Source: an uncultured archaeon (GTDB lineage: Archaea; Iainarchaeota; Iainarchaeia; Iainarchaeales; Iainarchaeaceae). Taken from it: a stretch of 22,392 nt of DNA. The translations under genes were made by a program, and so were the position numbers. The stretch lies in assembly GCA_964577555.1 (NCBI GenBank), contig CAZNZM010000005.1, forward strand, positions 47,693 to 70,084, written 5' to 3'. This document shows positions 17,165 through 22,392 of this stretch, in pieces. Position 1 is the stretch's first letter. Each line of letters starts with the position of its first letter. A model generated the notes under the pieces. It made no database searches. It saw only the letters and a program-made list of their open reading frames with translations, and was not told where the DNA came from.

Positions 17165-19438
17165 ATGGATCCAAGCACTTTCGGAGTCAGCCCTTATGTA
17201 ATCAAAGATGAAGGAGGAAAAAGGGCTCTCGTAATTGATGCTAGAGGCGCTTTTTATACTCCTTCAATTGCAGACGACCGAAATGCGCGTTTTACAGTCA
17301 TCAAGATTCTCACAGAAGTTGAAGCCGATTTTATTATATTGGCTGATATTTATGAGCGGGTTTATAATGAATACCAAACCAAAATGCTTGCGGAAATTGC
17401 CGCTCTTTATAATAAATTTGAAATGGATGGTATTTGGAGTTATTCGCATTTGGGCGACCCTGTTAAGGAATCTGAAAAGGATTTTGGCGAAAGGCACAAC
17501 GTCATTGTGAAAGTCAGCCATGAAGAGCTTCTTTTTGACCCCATAAGCGCTTATTTGTTGCTCTTGGAAGAAATGAAAAAAGAAGCAAGCCGATTAGATT
17601 CTTTGCCAAGCGAAAAAAAAGCCATGGTTTATGCAAAAACCCTGCTTGAAATAAAAAACGCTTTTGAAGGAACGGAATTGATAAAGCGAGCAAGAAGCAT
17701 TATATCAAAACTTGAAAAGGTTCCAGACACTTCGCAAATTTACAGGGTTTTTTTTGAGGTTGATGTCAAGCCAAGTTTCATAGGTTCAAGGCTTGTTTTC
17801 GGCGACGAGGAAAGGCTTGAACTTCTTGACGAGTACAACGTCAAAGAAGCCAACGTACAAATCTTCAAACACCCGAGCAAAACAGAAAAACTTTATTTTA
17901 TCAGTTTGCCAGAATATTCCCTTACTCCTGAAAAATATTTTCTCGTAAGCAAGACAAAGGAAACAGTTGCTACTTACAAGCCCGGCAGAATATCATTGTC
18001 CAACATTGCAAAAAGCAGGCGTTATTTTGAAAGAATTTACCAATCAACAATGAAAGAAATAGCCAAATTGGAAAAAATCAATATTGCCAACGATGAGATT
18101 GTCGAGCTAAGCCAAATAGTTGCGCGTTATACTGTTGGTTATGGAGTTCTTGAAGTAATTCTTTCAGACAGAAAAGTCACTGATGTATATATTGATGCCC
18201 CAATAGGTTCAAAATTGATTTATTTGGTTCATTCAGAGTACGGACAATGCCAAACCAACGTAATTTACACTCAAGACGAAGCATCTTCTTTTATTTCAAA
18301 ATTAAGGGCAATGTCCGGCAGGCCTTTTGACGAAGCCCACCCAGTCCTTGATTACGATTTGCCGGAACTTGATACGAGAGTTGCTGCGATAAGCCCGCCT
18401 CTTTCGCCAGATGGAAACGCTTTTGCTTTCAGGTTGCACAAAACAACTCCTTGGACTCTTGCACAATTCTTGGACGTAAAATACTTGCCTCCTCTTGCAG
18501 CAGGATTGCTTTCTTTTTTCGTGGATTCTCAATCAACAATGCTGGTTACTGGGAGCAGGGGTTCAGGAAAAACCTCTCTTATGAGCGCTCTAATGCTTGA
18601 AATTTTGCAAAACACAAGAATAATTTGCCAAGAAGACACGCTTGAATTGCCAGTGGAGTACATGAAAAAAATAGGTTTCAATGTTCAAAGACTGAAAACC
18701 AGGTCGCCAATAGGTTCAAGCGAAAGCGACAGCGAAGTGCCTCCTGAAGAATCGCTCAGAACAGCATTAAGACTTGGCGACAGCGCCCTAATCATAGGAG
18801 AAGTGAGAAGCAAAGAAGCCAAGGTTTTGTATGAAGCAATGCGCGTTGGAGCAGCAGGAAACATTGTCATGGGAACAATACACGGAGACAGCGCTTATTC
18901 GGTTTGGGACAGAATAGTTAATGACCTTGAAGTTCCAACAACTTCTTTTAAAGCAACCGACATTGTTGTTGTGGCAAGGCCAATAAGGTTTAAAGGCAGC
19001 ATTTCAAGGCAAAGGAGAGTTGTCCAAATAACCGAAGTCAAAAAGCATTGGAAGGATGATCCCAGCGAAGAAGGAGGCTTGCTTGATTTAATGTCTTATG
19101 ATGCCGGCAGAGACTCTTTAGATTTGATAGAAGATAACTTAAAAGAAAGCGACCTTTTTTCAAGAGTGAGCAAAACATCAGGATTGTCGCTTGACCAAAT
19201 ATGGAAATGGATAAATGTAAACGCAGAATCAAAAGCATATCTTGTCCAAATGAAAAACGAATTCAAAGTACCTCAAATACTTGAAGCAGAATATACTGTC
19301 ATGGCTCAAAACAAATTAGCTTTGATAAAAGAAGCACAATTAGAAGAATTCGGTTCTGTCGATTATGATGAAGCTCTTGGTCAATGGAAAAATTGGGTGC
19401 GCTCAAATCTTGTAAAAAAAGTCAAGGAGAGAACATAA
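17165..19438 (+). CDS. Type II/IV secretion or pilus/archaellum-type assembly ATPase (VirB11/GspE superfamily, ArlI/TadA-like) with a long N-terminal region
   Basis: 757 aa from ATG 17165; the track's 17048 start is a TTG. Walker A GSRGSGKT at 18551-18574, followed by RIICQEDTLELP, a Walker B-like LRLGDSALIIGEVRSKEAKVLYEAMRVGAAGN and the His-box-like VMGTIHGDSAYSVWDRIV. Confidence 0.9.
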   Translation: MDPSTFGVSPYVIKDEGGKRALVIDARGAFYTPSIADDRNARFTVIKILTEVEADFIILADIYERVYNEYQTKMLAEIAALYNKFEMDGIWSYSHLGDPVKESEKDFGERHNVIVKVSHEELLFDPISAYLLLLEEMKKEASRLDSLPSEKKAMVYAKTLLEIKNAFEGTELIKRARSIISKLEKVPDTSQIYRVFFEVDVKPSFIGSRLVFGDEERLELLDEYNVKEANVQIFKHPSKTEKLYFISLPEYSLTPEKYFLVSKTKETVATYKPGRISLSNIAKSRRYFERIYQSTMKEIAKLEKINIANDEIVELSQIVARYTVGYGVLEVILSDRKVTDVYIDAPIGSKLIYLVHSEYGQCQTNVIYTQDEASSFISKLRAMSGRPFDEAHPVLDYDLPELDTRVAAISPPLSPDGNAFAFRLHKTTPWTLAQFLDVKYLPPLAAGLLSFFVDSQSTMLVTGSRGSGKTSLMSALMLEILQNTRIICQEDTLELPVEYMKKIGFNVQRLKTRSPIGSSESDSEVPPEESLRTALRLGDSALIIGEVRSKEAKVLYEAMRVGAAGNIVMGTIHGDSAYSVWDRIVNDLEVPTTSFKATDIVVVARPIRFKGSISRQRRVVQITEVKKHWKDDPSEEGGLLDLMSYDAGRDSLDLIEDNLKESDLFSRVSKTSGLSLDQIWKWINVNAESKAYLVQMKNEFKVPQILEAEYTVMAQNKLALIKEAQLEEFGSVDYDEALGQWKNWVRSNLVKKVKERT

Positions 19439-21765
19439 TGCAAAAAAAGAATGACCCTACAATAGGTGAACTTTACGGAAAAATAGTTACAACCAGCGAG
19501 GATTTTGATTTAGGCGACCACAAGCTTGTCAAAGAACCAGACCATCCTTTTGTAAGGCTCTGCAAAAACATTTACAAGGTTGCCCCTTCTTTAGGCAAAG
19601 GAGGAAAATTCAGCGATGAAAACAAAAAAGCTGTTGAATTTTTGCAATGGAATCTAAGCCCTGAAGAATTTGCAGGAGCATCAACAATAGTGGCTTATGT
19701 TTCATTTGCAACAGCTTTTTTGCTTGGCTCTCTTTTTATTTTCACTGACTTGAGAAAACTTATTGAACTTATTGGAGGCAACGAAATCAGCGGACTTTTT
19801 TATGCATTCGCCCCATTTCTTTTGGTTGCTACAACTATTGTTTATTTGTTTCAAACATACCCTTCCTCAGAAGCAAAACGCGAACAAACAAGGGCTCTCA
19901 CATATGTGCCTGAAATGATGGGTTACATGGTAATGTCCATAAAACTTGTTCCAAACCTTGAAAAAGCTGTGGAATTTGCTAGTTCCCATGGCAAAGGAAA
20001 AATTGCAAAAGATTTCAAAGACATAATATGGAAAACACAATTAGGATTTTACAATTCTCTTGCAGAAGGACTTGACACGCTTGCATATCGCTGGGGACAC
20101 TATTCAACAGAATTCAAAAGAGCCCTCATGAGGATAAGAGTATCAGTAATAGAAAATTCCGAAGCTAAAAGATATGCATTACTTGACGACACCATGTCCG
20201 AAATGCTTGACAGCATCAAAAACAAAATGGAACAATATGCCAGAGATTTGTCCCAGCCAAGCACAATGCTGTTTTATATTGGCGTCTTACTTCCTTTATT
20301 GCTTATAATAATACTCCCAGTCGGAAGCACTTTTACCGGCGCGCCACTTGCAAATCCTATTGTCCTATTTTTGATTTACAACATCATAATTCCACTAATC
20401 ACTATAATATTTGCTTACAATTTGATAACCACAAGACCACCTACTTATGAACCCCCAATAATACCAGACAATTATGAAGGAATCCCCAAACCTTGGCACG
20501 GAAAATTTTCAGGTTTAACAGTCGATGTGCGCCTAGTTGCATTGCTTATATTTGTTTTTGGATTGTCAATTTCCTTCCTGATTTCCACACAAGGTTTTCC
20601 CCCTAATTTCGTGCTTGGCACGGAAGGAAGGCAAGCTTGTTACGAAGGCAAGCAAATAATCTGCCCTGACCTTTCAAAAAAAGTTGCTTTGGAACGCGTA
20701 GGCAGGCCTGAAACATATTTCAACCTTGACGAAACAGGAGTGCTTTTTCCAGAAAAATTCAACGAAAAAAAACGCTACATGGATTTGACCGATACAGAGT
20801 CTCTTGAACAAGCAGAAGAACAAGCAAAAAAGGAAGTGCTTGCAGAAGAACAACTTTTCTTTTCATCAAAAGAAAACGACATTGCCCCATACATTCTTGT
20901 CTTCGGCATTCTTATAACTTTTTCAATATGCGTCTTCATACTGCTTTACTATTCAAGCATTTACAAACGCAAAGCCCAATTAGAAATACAAGAAATGGAA
21001 TCAGAGTTCAAGGATTCACTTTATATTCTTGCATCCCGAATGGGAGAAAACAAGCCAGTTGAAGACGCTATGAAACACGTCCAAGATTTTTTACCAGAAG
21101 CCAAAATATCAAAACGGGTTTTCGGAAAAACACTTGACAACATAAAATTCACGGGAATGCCCCTTGAACAAGCAGCATTTGACCAAAACCTTGGCTCAGT
21201 TTCAAAATTACCATCTTCAATAATCAAAGGAGCAATGAAAATGCTTGTGGATTCCGTACAATTAGGCTCTAACGTAGCTGCACGCACCATGATTTCACTC
21301 TCAATACAATTGCAAAACGCCGAAAAAGTTAACAACAACCTAAAAGTTTTGGTATCAGATATTACAAGCACAATGCGAACCATGGCAATGTTCATTGCAC
21401 CAATGGTGCTAGGCATAACAACCAGCCTGCAAAGAATAGTCATTGTAACGATTTCATCAATAGCTTCCTCAGGCATAGCCGAATCAAGCGTACAAGGCGC
21501 GGATTATTTGGGCGTAAGCTTTGCCAGTGCAGCAGGTTTCATCAAACCAGAAGCAATAGCAGGAATAGCTTCGCCAACACAATTCATATTCATTGTATCC
21601 CTTTACATAATTGAACTTGTCTTGATAATGGGCTACTTTACCACCAAAATAGAAGAGGACAACGATTTACTCCTAAAAATCAATATATCAATTTTTATGC
21701 CGATTGCAATAATAGTGTTTGTAATTTCAATGATTGTTTCAAACATGTTTGTGGGTTCAATATGA
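19438..21765 (+). CDS. Type II secretion system F-domain (ArlJ/TadC-like) membrane platform protein, two T2SSF-like halves
   Basis: ATG 19438 overlaps the upstream stop (TAATG) and is preceded by aaggagag. Two similar cytoplasmic helical blocks, each followed by hydrophobic segments (VPEMMGYMVMSIKLVPNLEKAVEFAS... and FKDSLYILASRMGENKPVEDAMKHV...), with multiple TMs. Confidence 0.87.
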   Translation: MQKKNDPTIGELYGKIVTTSEDFDLGDHKLVKEPDHPFVRLCKNIYKVAPSLGKGGKFSDENKKAVEFLQWNLSPEEFAGASTIVAYVSFATAFLLGSLFIFTDLRKLIELIGGNEISGLFYAFAPFLLVATTIVYLFQTYPSSEAKREQTRALTYVPEMMGYMVMSIKLVPNLEKAVEFASSHGKGKIAKDFKDIIWKTQLGFYNSLAEGLDTLAYRWGHYSTEFKRALMRIRVSVIENSEAKRYALLDDTMSEMLDSIKNKMEQYARDLSQPSTMLFYIGVLLPLLLIIILPVGSTFTGAPLANPIVLFLIYNIIIPLITIIFAYNLITTRPPTYEPPIIPDNYEGIPKPWHGKFSGLTVDVRLVALLIFVFGLSISFLISTQGFPPNFVLGTEGRQACYEGKQIICPDLSKKVALERVGRPETYFNLDETGVLFPEKFNEKKRYMDLTDTESLEQAEEQAKKEVLAEEQLFFSSKENDIAPYILVFGILITFSICVFILLYYSSIYKRKAQLEIQEMESEFKDSLYILASRMGENKPVEDAMKHVQDFLPEAKISKRVFGKTLDNIKFTGMPLEQAAFDQNLGSVSKLPSSIIKGAMKMLVDSVQLGSNVAARTMISLSIQLQNAEKVNNNLKVLVSDITSTMRTMAMFIAPMVLGITTSLQRIVIVTISSIASSGIAESSVQGADYLGVSFASAAGFIKPEAIAGIASPTQFIFIVSLYIIELVLIMGYFTTKIEEDNDLLLKINISIFMPIAIIVFVISMIVSNMFVGSI

Positions 21766-22193
21766 AAACCTCAAACCAATCAGGCCAAGCTTTCGAACCT
21801 TTCAACCTTCTTATAGGCGCAATCTTTGCTCTTACAGTGCTTGTAATAATAATAAGCGCAGTAAATTATTTTGACAACGAAAGAATAAAAATAAGCCAAC
21901 AACGATTTTATGACGGCTTGGCCAATGCAGTAAAATCACCAAATAAAGAAACACTTGTAATAAGAGAGATCCAATTGCCAACAGACGCCTCTTTCTCTGC
22001 CAAATCACTTGGAAATTCAATCGGCTTGGACGAAAAATGCGTTTCAATAGAAGCATCACCAAGCTTTGAAATCACCGGCTCAACAATCAAGGCAAAAAAC
22101 AACATAAGAACAGACATATACATCAGATGTTTTACTGGCGGAACCTGCGAAATAGACTGTGAAATTTCATTCGGCAAAGACTTTGAAAATTGA
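21762..22193 (+). CDS. Pilin/archaellin-like protein with class III signal peptide
   Basis: 143 aa. ATGA overlap with the upstream gene. Short N terminus MKTSNQSG followed by QAFEPFNLLIGAIFALTVLVIIISAVNYF, resembling a prepilin cleavage site after Gly and a hydrophobic H-domain. Confidence 0.7.
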   Translation: MKTSNQSGQAFEPFNLLIGAIFALTVLVIIISAVNYFDNERIKISQQRFYDGLANAVKSPNKETLVIREIQLPTDASFSAKSLGNSIGLDEKCVSIEASPSFEITGSTIKAKNNIRTDIYIRCFTGGTCEIDCEISFGKDFEN

Positions 22194-22392
22194 GGTCCTA
22201 AACAATTAAAATTCGAATTTGCAAAAAAAATTTAGTCTTTGTTTTTAAAGCCAGATTTTACGATTTTGTTTTTAATTCAATTGTTTTTTTGCAAGCCTAT
22301 TTTTTTTCAATTTTTTTATCAGCAATTATAAAAGCGTTTTTTTTGCTATTTGAGTCTTAAAGTTGTTGTTAAACTGCTTGTATTTTTTTTTA

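Overview
The window reads as an AT-rich archaeal chromosomal segment, probably from the DPANN/Diapherotrites-like range. That placement is inferred from gene content and TATA-type promoters, not from a database search. Minus-strand genes: rtcB RNA ligase (170-1624), archease (2068-2487), two coupled bPH2/PH-domain membrane proteins (2520-4046, 4046-4546), a giant ~2773-aa modular surface protein (6116-14437), a small membrane protein with the Cys...Arg...His signature of the exosortase/archaeosortase family (14556-15119), and hisS preceded by an intact tRNA-His(GUG) with genomically encoded G-1. Plus-strand genes: an orphan helix-rich 349-aa protein with a TTG start (4967-6016), and a tightly overlapping type IV pilus/archaellum-like operon of ATPase, double-T2SSF membrane platform and pilin-like protein (17165-22193). 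The best candidate for something undescribed is the archaeosortase-like enzyme next to a giant N-terminally anchored surface protein, with a secretion/pilus operon about 2 kb away beyond hisS and tRNA-His. A second unusual signal is a family of short GGCTYGC(A/C)-A(n) motifs inside strongly strand-biased homopolymer-rich intergenic tracts. All family calls were made by eye from motifs; none was checked by a search.
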